DNA of 64,000 bases from Camelus dromedarius (Eukaryota). A program made the translations under genes and the position numbers. Below the pieces are notes generated by a model that was not told where the DNA came from, ran no database searches, and saw only the letters and a list, made by a program, of their open reading frames with translations. Below, one piece after another: positions 12,401 to 25,866 of this stretch (position 1 is its first letter; every line of letters begins with the position of its first letter). Location: contig NC_087437.1 of NCBI RefSeq assembly GCF_036321535.1, positions 45,510,001 to 45,574,000 on the forward strand, read 5' to 3'.

Positions 12401-13463
12401 TTAAAAGGAACTGTCTAGAAACAATTCTTTCCTTTAAATTATACTACAAGGGTGAAAATTAGTCTTTCTAGACAAGGGACAGAGAATATGTCCATTAGAC
12501 CAAGGTTCTTCAGTTAGAACCTTGCAGGTCTTAGCAGCAAGTCTTAGCTGACCCTGGATGGCAATTGGGACAGATTTTAACCCTCTGGTGAAGCACAGAT
12601 GCCCTTTGTTTCTGAATGAAGGAAAAAATCCATAGGTTTGATCACCTATAATATAAGGAGCAAGGGGAAAGTTCTATATTGACAGTAGAAAACCCTGGCT
12701 TGTATATTCACCCCGAAGGGAAGCCATCTTAGCACTTCAAAGAGATACGCTGTAAGGGTGCCTTCAGGTGGACCAATATTTTCCTCAAATTGGATTTCTC
12801 TAATCCCTGAACTGTGACCAGCAAAGACTTCAGCCTGGAAAATTGATTTTTCAACTACACTTCCTGAGGACTCACCAGAGCCACAGAGTAAAAGAAACAA
12901 TAATTCTTCTTTGTCCACTGCATTGATGAAATGAAATCCCATGGTATTTTTATACCCACTAGTATAACTGAGAAGCAGTCTTGCAGTTGGTTACCTCTTC
13001 ATAGTTAAAATATTACACTCCCTAAGGGAGGAATGTTGTTTATCTGCCATGTGGGGTGGGGTTGTTTATGTGCCTTATACAAGTATTTTGCTCATTTTGA
13101 TTCCTTTTAGTTTTGTTCAATAAATATTGAACTGCCTGGCTAAGGCTTCTTCGAATGCTTCTAGAAAAGGAGAATAAAAATAAACATGACCTCAGACTGA
13201 TGCTTTAGTAGGAAAACAAAGACAAATAAAACGTGGGTTCAACCCCCAAGGAGTTATAATGTAGTGGTTGTTGTACCCTACAATAATGACATAAATAATC
13301 AAAACAAAGAATTGTTTCGTAAAAGTCTGCTGTGAGTTTCTATGTTAATAGGTTTGAGTTTGTATTGTTGCACATCACCATGTGTGAGCTGATGGACTCA
13401 ACATACTTCACAGTCCAGTAACAAAGGACAATGTCACTGAAGGACTGAGTGATCCATTGGATG

Positions 13464-13938
13464 TGTGAATGAAAAATACTGCGAACCATATCAGTAAACA
13501 AAGAATGCTGACGCCATCAAGTCATCAGCGGCTGCTGCCACCCCCCAGTGAAGACAGGCCTGCAGCCCAGCCCCTGCAGCCACTCACAATGGTGCACCCT
13601 GAGGGGACTCAGAATAAGAAAGGACAGGATACTGGCCCTAGATAGCTAGGTGCTTGTCAAAGGAATGAATTCAGTCAGCCCAAATGTTTACGTCCTCCCA
13701 TATATAGAAAAGCACTAAATTCCTTAACTTGAGATGCCTGGTTTTCTTTAGACAACAAGTGATCTTTTATTGTTCCAACTACCTGGTCTTTGCTGTAAAG
13801 CTCCTATATATCCTAGCTCCTCCCCTATCTGTTCGGATCAGTCCCTCAGCCATCTGAGAGGCTGTCATCCTGGCTGGAGTCCTCCTGCCAAATAAAACAA
13901 CTCTCAACTTTTAGGCTGCGCATTTACTTTAGTCGACA
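13464..13938 (+). mobile_element. ERV1-class solo LTR (cetartiodactyl MER41-like)
   Basis: TG...CA termini (TGTGAATGAAAAATAC...TTTAGTCGACA), near-TSD GATG/GATC, TATA-like CCTATATA at ~13803, AATAAA at 13891-13896. The family name is recalled, not searched. Confidence 0.7.
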
Positions 13939-15904
13939 GATCCAACCAGCAGCAGGAAAGCCATCCCTTAAGCATCTTAAAAGGAGTAACATCTTCACCA
14001 AGGAAAACAGATTTTGAGTCACCTTCCTTTAGCACTTCCCAAAGCGAAAGAAGAGTTTTATTTTATTTTATACCCTCCAGTCTCCTTTGGAATCTTTGCT
14101 GGTTCTTCCTGGTTTTTCAACCATAAAAAATTCAGCAGGTAAGTTCCCTTAGTGACAATGGGCACATGTAATCTGGAGTCATTAACTGAGTCATTTACAT
14201 TTTAAAACGTCTCTTAGCCTTTTTATTAACAGAGGCTTTTTTATTAGTTATTTTTAACTTCCAGCATTAGATTTTCTTTCTTGTCAAAAAATTAACTCAG
14301 CAGCTCAGTCATTTTAGCACTATTATAAATTTTCAAGCCATGGTGAACTTTAAAAGTTATTTTCTCTGTCATTTTTCATCTTTGGCTAGGTCTACATAGC
14401 ACCAAATACTAGGTAATTACTTAGGTTTTATCTCCATAGAATGTTTTCAGATTTCTTACGGCAGGATTTATTAACAGTGGACCTATTTTTAAAGCAGCAC
14501 CGCACCTGGCAGTAACTAGTTTGTCTTCAATAAATAGTGATGTTATATTTATTGTTTGTTCAGCATCTCAAGTCTGTGTAGGTTGTCTTTGACATTTATA
14601 GATCATTCCTTTACTCTTTAATATCTACCTTTTAACATCTATTGAATCTCCAGTTATTTTTTAGTGGTCTCCTTCAGCTGTTACATGAGAGATCTGAATT
14701 TCAGGCAGCAGTGTCCTTGACTTTTTAAAGAAACATAACAGTTCTTATCTGGATTTCAGTATCATTCTATGTAAAAGAAGAGTAATGGGTTATATGGTAT
14801 ATGTGTAAAGCTCCTGTTAGCACTAAAAATCGAGGTTTTGTAATAAAATTTTCTAAGAAAAGATCCATATATACACCTATTTTGGCCAATGGGTTCAGAA
14901 TAGTCAAAGCTAAAATTATATGAAAGATCAACATAGCATTTAAGCTTCCACTTAATATAACCTTTAGGCACAAACACCCCCTTAGAAACTTTGTAAGCGT
15001 ATATGCTTTTCTTTAGAATATAAATATAAAATGTTGTTTTTATAAGAGTAGCATTATTCTACAAAACAGATATTCTAAAGGTAGAACTGGGACCAATGGT
15101 CATAGTTTGCAAAGAGATAGATCCAAGCTCAATATATCAAGCCCTTTTTAACAGCCAGAGTTTTCTAATAAATGGATTGGCTGCCCACAGGGTATTGGGT
15201 TACCCACTTCAGGGAATTAAGGCAGAAACCAACGAACCTCTTTGCACTGATGAGAAAGTGGACTGAAGGATCTTTAAAGTTCCCTCAAATTTTGAGATGT
15301 GGGGTGCTAAGGCACAGGAAAGATTTCTTAATTTATTTTTAAAACATCAGTCTATTTCCAACAATCAGATATGTTAGCCAGTAGAAAACCTTTTCGTCAA
15401 TGTTTTATTGTGCTAAGCCATGAAGCTATAAAAACTTTTAAAGATCGAGACTCATGGAGGGTACTTGTTTTTTCTTTCAAAAGGATAAGTATCTGGCACA
15501 ATCCATATAATAAGCTAGACTTATGATGTTTTGTCCTATAGGGGAAAAAAATCAGTTGCAATAGGTAGAAACTACAGCCCTGGTAGATCAGATGGACAGA
15601 TAACAGTCCTATGAATTTCAAATAGTCACTGTCATTCATATATGAAGTCATTCCTAAATAAATGCATTGGAGACATGGAGACCCCATGGCTTTGGCTGTT
15701 AAAATTTTTATTAGCTAGAGAAGCAGTTGCTTTATGGGTCATTATACTCCTTTGAAAATCCAACCAAACAATGGATATGGAATTTGAACACAGGATAACA
15801 TAATTTTTCCTTTCTCATCCTTTCCAACTCTGTTATTTAGAGTTAATTTTTTTCCATTTTTCATCTGATTTTATTTGGTAAATGTTAACAATACATCATG
15901 CATT

Positions 15905-16020
15905 GAAATTTTTTATTCAAGTATGGTCGGTTTACAATGTTGTGTTAATTTCTGATGTACAGCATAGTGATTTAGTTATGCATATAAACATGTGTGTATT
16001 CATATATTCCTTTTCTTATT
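15905..16020 (-). mobile_element. Short L1 3'-end fragment
   Basis: TTTTTATTCAAGTATGGTCGGTTTACAATGTTGTGTTAATTTCTGATGTACAGCATAGTGATTTAGTTAT is the reverse complement of an L1 3' terminus like those at 41350-41415 and 59900-59970. Confidence 0.7.
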
Positions 16021-16249
16021 CTCTAGAGTTGATTTATTTTCAGAGTCTTATAGAATGTGGAGAAATTAGTTTATGTTCCACAGATAATGATGTTATATTT
16101 ATTGGTTTTTCAGAAATTCCAAATCGTGTCTAAGTTGGTCTCTGGTCTGTTTAGACTTACAGATAGCTTTGTTTAAATAAAATCTGGACTCCATTGTGTT
16201 TCAAGTAGAAAGAATTAATGAGAAATTGTATTCTCCATGCCTGGACAAG

Positions 16250-17400
16250 TGACTGAAAAATAGTGTCAGAGCTCAGAAATGAGAACAAAAAGTTACGGTT
16301 CTGAGAAGAGACTGGTTCTCAGAAATCAAACCCTCTACAAAGAAGTATCTACATAACGCCACTCAAGTGTGCTGGGTTTCTCACTCCAGAGACCACGAGA
16401 TGAAAAGCCTAAGCCCTGAAACAAGGAAAAAGCAGAGAGACCAGAAGTCAGGAGAACTGCTACCAGCAAACCAACAAGGCCTGACGACCTACACAATTAC
16501 GGATCAATAATGCAGGCACTCCAGTAAGATTTTCAATGTTCAAAACACTATAATTGATAGGCCAGAGCTCAGAAAAATCCAAGCAAAACGTCAACTCAGC
16601 TAACAGGGCTGAAAAGCTAGAGTTGATCATCAGGCAAAACAATCAACACAGATACCCTGTGACAGAGAACCACGACAGGAGATAAAAATAAAGATCTGAA
16701 TAAAAATATATATACTTTAGCATTTTTCAAGTGAAGCAGAAAAACTTCTGGGGCCAAAAGATACACTTTCTCAATTTAAAAATTCAACAGATGATTTGAA
16801 GGATAAGGCACTACTGAGACTCAAATTAGTGACTTGGAAGATCAAGTGAGAAATCTCAAATTATCTTAAAGTACAGAGCAAACCACAGATATGAAAATCA
16901 TGGGGGGAAGATTAAGAGAATTAAGGGACAGACTCTGCAAACCCTCGATGAGAATGTTACTCGTTCCACAGGAGATACAGGAAGAGATGGAGGAAAAGCA
17001 AATAAATAAATATTAGAAGGAAAATTTTCCCAAATTCAAAGGACTCACCAAAGGCTGGATTAGTAAGATACACATCTAAGCATATCCTGGTAAACTTCTT
17101 GAACTCTGAAGATATTTTTTTTTCAACGACAGATTTTCCAGCAGAAAGAATAATTTAGCTAAAATGAATATTGAAGTCACATCTCATCCTTAATTTGAGG
17201 TAATTAGTAGCCAGTAACAGAACCTCTGAAAGAAAAGGACTATAATCCAAGAATTCTACACCCAAACAATACATCAACTATTGGTTGAGGTTAAAGAAAA
17301 ATACTTCTGGATATACAAAACTTCAGAGAATATATCACCTATGTACTTCATCTGAGGATAACACTGGAAAAAAATTCCTAGTCGAGGAAAAGAACAATAA
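16250..17400 (+). mobile_element. HAL1 / ancient L1 ORF1-like remnant
   Basis: Degenerate ORF1-like motifs (AAATTAGTGACTTGGAAGAT, GAAAATTTTCCCAAATT, CACATCTAAGCATATCCTGGTAAA, CCAAGAATTCTACACCCA). Confidence 0.55.
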
Positions 17401-18279
17401 ATGTTAGTTATTAGTAGTATTGCTCTTAAACTATGCTGCCAAAAATAATTAGGTAGGAGAAGGAAGAGTAAAAGCAGTCCAAATGTAATAATAAATAGTA
17501 TGAAAAAGAACTTCCAAATTAATAAGGAGGGAAGGGTGGGCTGTTTGAATAGAAACTTGATCAAAGCAGAAATGATAAAGAAAAGAAAATATGGAAACAA
17601 CAACAAAAAAAGACTCTAAGCAATAAAGAGATTCTAACGTTGGGTTTGGGGGAGGGAAGTTCAGCTACAGCTGCTTTAATGTAAGTGATTATTTAAAAGT
17701 TTAATAAAAGGATACGTAAAGAGATGTCATGTAAGGGAAACCCAATGGTAAAGGAGGGTGGCGGGTCAGAAAGAGGAGGAGAAGGGGAAGAGGGCACAGC
17801 AGAATTTAACATTACATACACTAATCAGATGAAAACAGATGTACTATAAATAGGAAATGTAATGAGTTAATATATGATAATGACAAAAAAAAAAAAAAAC
17901 AATGTGTGAGTATGTCAGTGTAATAAACCTTTATGAAACAACCAACAGAACCACTAACTCACAAAGCCAAAACTTCTTAAAATGGCTGGATGGCCTATGA
18001 AAATAATGCATTTACTGTTGGAGTCTTCAACATGTTTCTGTCAGAATTAGATATAGTATATATTACTAGTTAATATACATACATGGAATTATATTTCTTT
18101 CTTCAAAACAAACAGAAGAGATTCAGGAAATGTATACTCATGAAATATTTACATTAGTAATCTTATTCACACAGACAATTGTAACAAATTCTTTTAAAGT
18201 AGAGACCATGTTGCATTCTCTGGGCATAATCTAACACTATTAATTTTCTAGAAATTAAAAAATCTAGAAAAAAAATATA

Positions 18280-18835
18280 ATCCAGGCAATAGACGAAAGG
18301 CTAATGTTTATAATATACAAAGAGCTCTTATAAATTAACATCAAAAAGGCAAACGTCCCAACAGGAAAAAAGAAAGAGAGAAGCATATGAATAAATATGT
18401 ACAGAAAAGAAATCCAAAGACTTGAAAACATGGAAAACATGCTCAAACTCACTTATTATCATCAACAGTGAAAAACAGAATGTATTATTGTATATATTAA
18501 ATATAATATATATTATATTCCATATACATGGAAAGATATGCAGAAATTCAAAACAACAAATTAGAGTCACATACTCGACTTGGAATGATTCCAACTGTAT
18601 AATATTAAGAAAACCAAGACAGGCAAATCAGCTCCAAAACAGAAAGTAGATTAGTGGTCACCTAAGACTGGGAGTGGGAATGGGCATTACTGTAAATCAC
18701 AGGACAGATCACATTCGGGTGATGAAACTGTTCTAAATTGTATTGCTCAGTAAATCTACTAAAAATCATTGAACTATGCACAGACAATTGGTGAATTTTA
18801 TGGTATATAGATTATATCTCAATAAAGTCATTTTT
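18280..18835 (+). mobile_element. Old L1 3' region (L1MB/L1ME-like)
   Basis: AGAAAGTAGATTAGTGGT...GGTGATGAAACTGTTCTAAATTG...GGTGAATTTTATGGTATATAGATTATATCTCAATAAAG matches ancient L1 3' UTR ends. Confidence 0.7.
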
Positions 18836-21800
18836 TAAAAATTTGAATAGCTACCTGTGGTTACTTGCTCCCATAAAATTTTATTAAAAAAGAGAAAAAG
18901 AAAAGGAAGATACAGAAAAGTAGGCATGCCAATATACCATTTTTACATTTTATGCAAGACAAATACTTGAAGGTGATGAAAAGGAAGAGTAACCAAGAAC
19001 TACAATAAAAGAAAAATAAAAGATTGAACTAAAAATAGAAATATATATATATATAATGACATCTCTGCATTTATATAAAGTGATACACATTTGCAAGGAA
19101 TATGTTAAGATACCTGTAATTAACTTTAAAATACCTGGGTATATACAACATGTATATCATTATATATGTAAAAGTTAATGATTCCACTCCAGGAACAGTC
19201 AGTTGCCCTAATTACACATCCAGTGGAGGTTATACAGGCTTGTATCAGAAGTCCACAAGCCAAAAGTGGCCATTACATATGCTTTTGTTTTCATTATCTT
19301 GATTATTACATGAACATTAAAAATGTCAGAAAAGGATTTTTACTGTATAGTTACTGGCTTGCTAATTAGCATGACAAATGTTGGAAACTGGGCTCACATT
19401 GGTAAAATTAAAGGTATTCAAAAAAATGTATATTAGGTAAAATACTTTGAGAGCTCCCCTTTTTCCAGCACACTGAAGGAACAAGACATAAGAATACAAT
19501 ATTTGTGTAACCTGAATTCTTAGGGAAGGTATCAAAGCTTTATCAATAAACGGCCCTATGTCCAGCCACTGAAAAGCGACATGACTTTGAGAATTATCAA
19601 AGCCTGCCTTCCAGAAAAGCTGCCATGTCATCCTGGAGTGAACCTTCCATCTAATGTAGTGCTCACAGCATTTAAAAGGACAGAAGGCCTGACTTCATCA
19701 AGCTGACAGAAAAGGTTATATAAGCCATTTCCTGCCTGCTCATTTATGTTGGTTGTTTAATCAATTTCTGTATGTGTGGAAGAATCTGGTCTGAGAGTCC
19801 TTCCCTTATATAACCTAGTAATTAGATTTAGGGGCACTGCTAACCCTTCCACACCAAACTGCCTACTGCTCCTCCCAGCCAAAAGAACCTAAGAGATCTG
19901 TAAGCCAAATTAGCTAATGTCCGTTCACAACAACAAAGAAATAAAAATGCCTGTTAAAGAAAGAAGTATAAGTTATCTCTTCATGAAAAACTAATACCAT
20001 CAGTACATGTAAACCAAATTTTCATATTCAATTTCAGGAAGGTGACAGGCCTGCCCACATCCATTTATAGACTTCTGGGTGGACTGCCAACAGGTAAGTG
20101 CTGGAAATTAAGATCTCGACATGCATATATTCAAACCTTACTGCAGTAAACAGAATGTGGAAGTTGAAGGATGAAAGTTGGATCCCTGATAAAGTCCGAT
20201 TTACCCTAGTACACCTGTGAAGGAAACTTGTAATAATGTACCGCAAGACAGGGCAGTTTTCTGGTCCCGGGACTTGCAGATCTCGTGCTAGCGTGGATCA
20301 GGGTACATGCATCTCTCCGCTGACTGCTGGTCATGGCCTGCTAGTGAGCAGCTGACATGCCACCGTGGGACAGTCACTGCCAAAGTTTGCTTTATTGTTT
20401 GGGAATGTGGAAAACAGAAACACAAATGAGGGAACGACCAAAAAAAAAACTTGTCCCACAGGAAAAACACGCAGAGGTGGTAATCCTAAGACATTAAAGA
20501 AATTAAATTAGACAGAGAAGGGGCAAGAGAACCTTGAACACATAATTGGAGATTTTGATTTAACTGAAATAGGAACACCGAGAGAGGCTTTTGAGTAGCT
20601 CAATGGGTGACCTTTATCAACAAAAGTTACTGAGAAGAAAAAATAACTCTGGCATTTTAGAACTAATAGAAGGGAAGTTGGGGATTTGAAAGCAAATAAG
20701 AGAAAAACATAAAATGAAAGTGGCTGGATATGAAATTGTGAGAAAACAGAAGAAAATGGAAGTCTATTTAAGACATATTTTAAAAGGAGCACCAAGATCT
20801 GTAGATAGTGAAGCTATGAAGAACAAAAGATCGTTTTTCCATCAATGTGAGGTGATGTAAATATACAACCCACCTACACATCCACACCAGATGAATCTTC
20901 TAAAAGTGCTCCATCCAACATGACTACCTTTCTGTCCCCAAGGGAAAGAACCTTATTGTAGAACCTTAGAATGAGGTTTAAATCCCTCATTTCAAAATTT
21001 CAGATTTTCTGCAGTGTGGTCCCAAGTTACCTTTCTCAAAAGTACCCTGAAAAAATTCTGATTGCAAGGGTCTCATGAGCTTGTTTTCTACAATCAGAGG
21101 AAATTTTTAAATTGATTTAGTTAGACTAATTAAGCTAATTTAGTGAATTAGATCAAGACCTTCTCTTCATCCCACCATCACCTTCCTAGATCCTGCACCT
21201 TCATTTGAGGGTTGGGGGGTAAAGCTAATCAGCACCCTTCACGTCCAGGAGGGACACCGTCCACATGGGGTGAGTCTTCAGGGGGCTGGGCCTGGGCAGA
21301 GTCACAGGTACAAACTAGCTAAGCAATGAACTGTGCACTCTGCGGGCCTCCCCGGGGGCCGTCTCCCTCTTCAAGAGCCTTTTATTTCCTCATTTCACTC
21401 TTTCTTGCCATTGGGAGCCCAATTCCTTTTCCTCCAGTTTCTGGCTACTTTTCAACTCACCCCTCTGCGAGAGAAGCCACCCGCAGCATGAATCTGAATC
21501 TTTTGTACATTACTTTGCCTTATAATTGAGTATTGGCAACCATTCTGGTTCCTTGGTGGATTACTTCAGACTTCCATAAAATTCTGGCACAGTTCAAGCT
21601 CTAGAGAAGAAGAGCCCTTTGGGATACAAGTAAAAGGAGGAAGCCACAAAAAATAACCTTGAAATAGTACACTGGTTTGCATAAAGTTACTTCCTAAACC
21701 CTAATTCCCAGTCATGGTTGCTTCATTCTTGAGCAAGAAATTCCGTATTCTTTCCTTACTATCTTTATCTACTTTGGGTGTCTCAGCCACATTTCTCAGA

Positions 21801-21930
21801 CTGAGCTACTTCACTGTCTCATTTCCACTTCCCTTAATTACCACTCCACTTCAAACTTCAAGCCTAAGGCCACACTCTGAACACTTTCATCTACTTAAAA
21901 TAGTGTCCCTGTCTAAAATATTAAGTATAA

Positions 21931-22133
21931 GGGGGGAGGGTATAGCTCAGTGGTAGAGCATGTGCTTAGCATGCATGAGGTCCTGGGTTCAATCCCCAGT
22001 GCCTCCACAAAAATAAATAAGTAAATAAATAAATTTTATGAATTTTTATATAAATAAATAAATAAATAAATAAATACCCTCCAAAACAAAATCAAACAAA
22101 TCAAAAACAAATAAATAAAATATATTTTTTTAA
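21931..22133 (+). mobile_element. tRNA-Ala-derived SINE (vic-1-like)
   Basis: GGGGGGAGGGTATAGCTCAGTGGTAGAGCATGTGCTTAGCATGCATGAGGTCCTGGGTTCAATCCCCAGTGCCTCCA closely resembles tRNA-Ala(AGC), with intact A and B boxes, followed by a long (TAAA)n/(CAAA)n tail. Confidence 0.9.
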
Positions 22134-22139
22134 AAGACC

Positions 22140-22740
22140 CCAACGCCTCCTCTCTAGCATGCTTGCTAAGTTTCTCTCATCATAAGTGCTTTTCTGCCTC
22201 TCAGGGATTTCTTGGTCCTTGATCTCATCCCTACTCACTCCCTACTTTTTCACCCCCCCAAAAAAAACCCCTCCCCTATGCTGCCAGTTTCTCTAATACA
22301 TTATTCAGCTATTCTTGCCAAAATAACTTCCCTTGTCTTATTTTCCTTCTATCACACCTGTATGGTAAAAGCCCATCCCTGCCTCATCCCAAAGTTGGCA
22401 TTTTCCATATTTATACCTGGACTGTTAATCCATCGCTCCTGGAGAAAAAGCACACAACTATTTAGACCTGACACCATTAAAAATTCATGACCTCAAACTT
22501 TACTTGTCCAGCAGTCCTACAGCTCTTCTCTCGGCAGATGTCTTTCTTTTTCTCCACAGTGACTATTTTTAAACTTTTCCACCTTCCTCAAGCCTCTGAG
22601 CCTGACGCTATTCACTTCCCTCTCAGCAAATGCCCTGACCTGCTATTCAGAGAAAAAACAGAAGTCTTCAGGGTGGAATGATACAATTCCTCCACCAAAC
22701 CCACAAACGTATCTGCTTCTGAATAACTGCAGAAACTCAT
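22140..22740 (+). mobile_element. L2 LINE fragment
   Basis: Degenerate L2 ORF2-like motifs (GCTCCTGGAGAAAAAGCACA, TAAAAATTCATGACC, TATTCAGAGAAAAAACAGAAG). Confidence 0.5.
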
Positions 22741-22804
22741 GTCTGTTCTCTCACTCCATTATTCTCTTTCTCATGTGTTATTTGGCAGAGATGAATAGTA
22801 GTTT

Positions 22805-23285
22805 CTGCTGAATGAGGTTGGAGGCTCCCTCCCTGTGGGGTGGCAAGTAGCTAGCTGAGATTAGCGGCTCCCCATTCTCCAATGGGAGACGTCTCCATAG
22901 CTTTCAACTTCACACAAGGAGTCCAGGTTCTAACCAATCAGGAACTTGATGCCTGTGATAGTCGGTAGCCAGCTGCAAACACCTGTGTGTGACTCCTTGG
23001 AGAAGCTGGTATCCAAGCCCAGACTGTATAGAGTTTGCTCTCTCCATCTAGTACAAAGGAGAACAACAGGGGAGTTAGAGCCCCTTCTCGAGAGCACTGC
23101 TCCACTGTGGGGCCGACCAAGTCCAACTGAGGACACCTCCCGGCAGGTGGTTGGAGGGCAGGGTACTGCATACCTGCTGACCCTGCTCTCTCTCAGTTCC
23201 AACCTGCACCCAGTGATTTGTGCCCTGTAATTTCTAACCCCTTTCCACCCCATACTAGCTCTTTTCTTGTAATAACTAAACATCC
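22805..23285 (+). mobile_element. Probable old ERVL-type LTR (LTR16-like) inserted in L2-derived sequence
   Basis: GC-richer ~480 bp block with AACCAATCAG and a 3' ACCCCATA...TGTAATAA motif; the assignment is tentative. Confidence 0.35.
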
Positions 23286-25866
23286 TCCAATCAGGAAATA
23301 AAATCCTATAATCTCACCTCCAAAACACCTCTCAAGTCAGTGTGCTTTCCTCCACCTGCACCACCACTTTCTAGCCAAGGGTTCTCATGCTGCTAACGCC
23401 TCCCGTCTGGTCCAAGGGCCCCTCCCCTCAATTTGTTCTCAAACTGCAGTCAGAACGGTCATAAAATCACAAATACGATTCTGTCATGCTCCTTCTTGTC
23501 CAGTGGTGTTTCAACGTCATTAAGATGAAGCACAGGCTTCCTTGGAAAAGCCACTCCTAGCTACAGCAGTAACTACAGCAACTGATATTTACTGAACACG
23601 TACTATGTGCTGAGCATATTTAGCTTTCCAGTCTTTATCAAAATGTGACAACACTGGTAACATCGTACTTGTTCTACAAATATTGAAATTAAAACTGGAT
23701 AAAATAACTTAACAAGGCTTTACAGCTACCAAAAGTTGAGCCACCGTTCAAACCCAAATCCATCTGTTTTCCTGCCTGAGACCTTTCCACTGTACCGTGT
23801 TCCCGGTCATGGTTAGGGCTTCCAATCTCTGTTTGGCTCAACAAAAGCTGGTATTTAGTAAGTATTAGGTATGTGAATTTTTTTTTCCCACCCAATACTT
23901 CCTCAAATTGAAACAAACATAGGGGAATTAAAATTAATTTAACGAAAGGTCACACATTTAGTAAGTGACAGGGTCCTAAAATCAGTTTATCAGTTTAATC
24001 AATAAGCTAGTCTGGTCTTGCTGTGCATGGCAGAAGTACTGCCCTCTTTCCTTTATTGACTATAAATTGTTAAGGGGGCAAGGAGTTCCCTATGCTATTT
24101 GAAATCCCCAGGAAACCAGGCGAAAGAAAGCAGCTTTAGAGAGTAGGTTATATCTATGGCTGGAGCCAACCAGACAGGCAGCTACGATCTGACTTGCCAA
24201 CCATCATTCTTACCTTCATGGCATCATTCCCGCTTCCATAGGAAAGGGTATCACCCCTAGAGTTTACAGCATTGATGCCAGTTTAACAGTAAGGGGTCAA
24301 GTCTGGCAGAAAATTGTTTGGCCTTTAGCAAAACCACAAAACATAATCCTTCATGGCAGTTGAAGCATAAGGCTGGATGCAAACACAGGGGCAGCAAGAC
24401 CAGATAAGAGTAGTCAGGTGATAAGGGGCTAAAGCCATCACTTAAAGGAGGCAAACACCTAAAGTCAAGTGCCAAAGCCAATGTGAAGGCAAGAGGAGTC
24501 AATAATCCCTCCTAGATCAGAGACAAGGTAGAGCCAAAGAAAGGCTGAGAGTCAGAAGGCGAAATAAAATATGATGGCTCAGAATGGAGCGTGGGGGTCG
24601 CAGAGAGAGCAATAAGGCACAGATGGTTCTGATGCATTTCAGCCCAGGGGCCCTTCTTCAATCATCATGATAGAACAAATGCGACATTCTTGCTCTAGGG
24701 ACCCAACAGGCTTACCTTGATACTTCCTGCCTTTGATACCATCCCCTCAGTCTGTCCTCAGGAGCACATATTTACTAAAAACCACAGGTGAGAGCTCTGC
24801 CACCTCAGCAGATTCAGGGAAGGGACAATCAAAGGGAGAGTGTTATTAGTACTGGGACCCACGTCACTAGACACGATCTCCTGGAGTGCTCTGGGAACAA
24901 GTAGGGAGAGGAGAGCCAGTGTGACTGCAGGCCTTAGGAGATTATAAGACCTTCTTGGTCTTTGAGCTAAATAATACAATATCTCATGTCATTTATCTGC
25001 AAAATGGCAATAGTGTTAACCTTATGGAGTTCTTGAGAAAATTAGATGATTTCATGTACATAAAGCACCTAGATGGTACTTGGTACATAGTACGCAGGAG
25101 GAGTTAAAAGAAAAAAATATAAAGCACACCATACATACTGTTAAATATTTCCCAAATCCTTTACAACTGATAATCTACCCTAAGGAGTAGAAGCACTATC
25201 ACAAGAGGCAAGAACCAGCATCTGGGACCTTCACCTCAATTTTAAGATGTGTATCCAATGGTGTGGTGGATCTCATTCTGTATTCTACCTCCTTAAGTGT
25301 TCTTGGTATCTTGTATCATAGCATCTCGGGTCATTAGCTATGGGAAAATCCCCAAGATAGATGTTCTCTGCTCATCCAAGTACCAGGATATTACCTCCCC
25401 AACATGCAACTTTGATAAAGTGATATGAATCATAAAAGTGATAGGAACCATAAAAATCACAGCTCAAGTGTGTCATAGACAAAAGCGGCCCAGAGTGAAA
25501 GAGAACGGAAGATGCTGAAGAGGGGATAAGAGCCCTGCTTGGAAGGACAAACGGAAGGGCAACACAGGCCACCCTGAGCTAACCAAAGACTTGAATGGGT
25601 TGGGCACAATTTTGTTTAAAAACCTCCCTTTTCAACCCTCTCTCGGGTAGAATATTGAATGGATGAACTTACCAAGCAGGAAGACGAGTGATATGATTTC
25701 CTGGCACTCCACCAGCTCTGACTCAATAAGGCGGCTGGCATCTCCGTTCACTCTGCCTTTACCCACAAGGCAGCAGATGGTTCCAAAAGACTTTCTGGGG
25801 AACTGCAGGCAGAAGCTAACTGCATGGTAGTTCAAGAGCCTAAGAAGTGGATTCCAGCTGGTGGGT

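Noticed and set aside
12646..12942. 98-aa ATG-initiated minus-strand ORF
   Set aside because: No recognisable domain or homolog, and the length is within chance for a 64-kb window.
21936..22007. Functional tRNA-Ala(AGC) gene
   Set aside because: CpG-decay substitutions, a GGGGGGAG leader, a long A-rich tail instead of a T-run terminator, and two sibling copies with TSD-like flanks identify it as a SINE.
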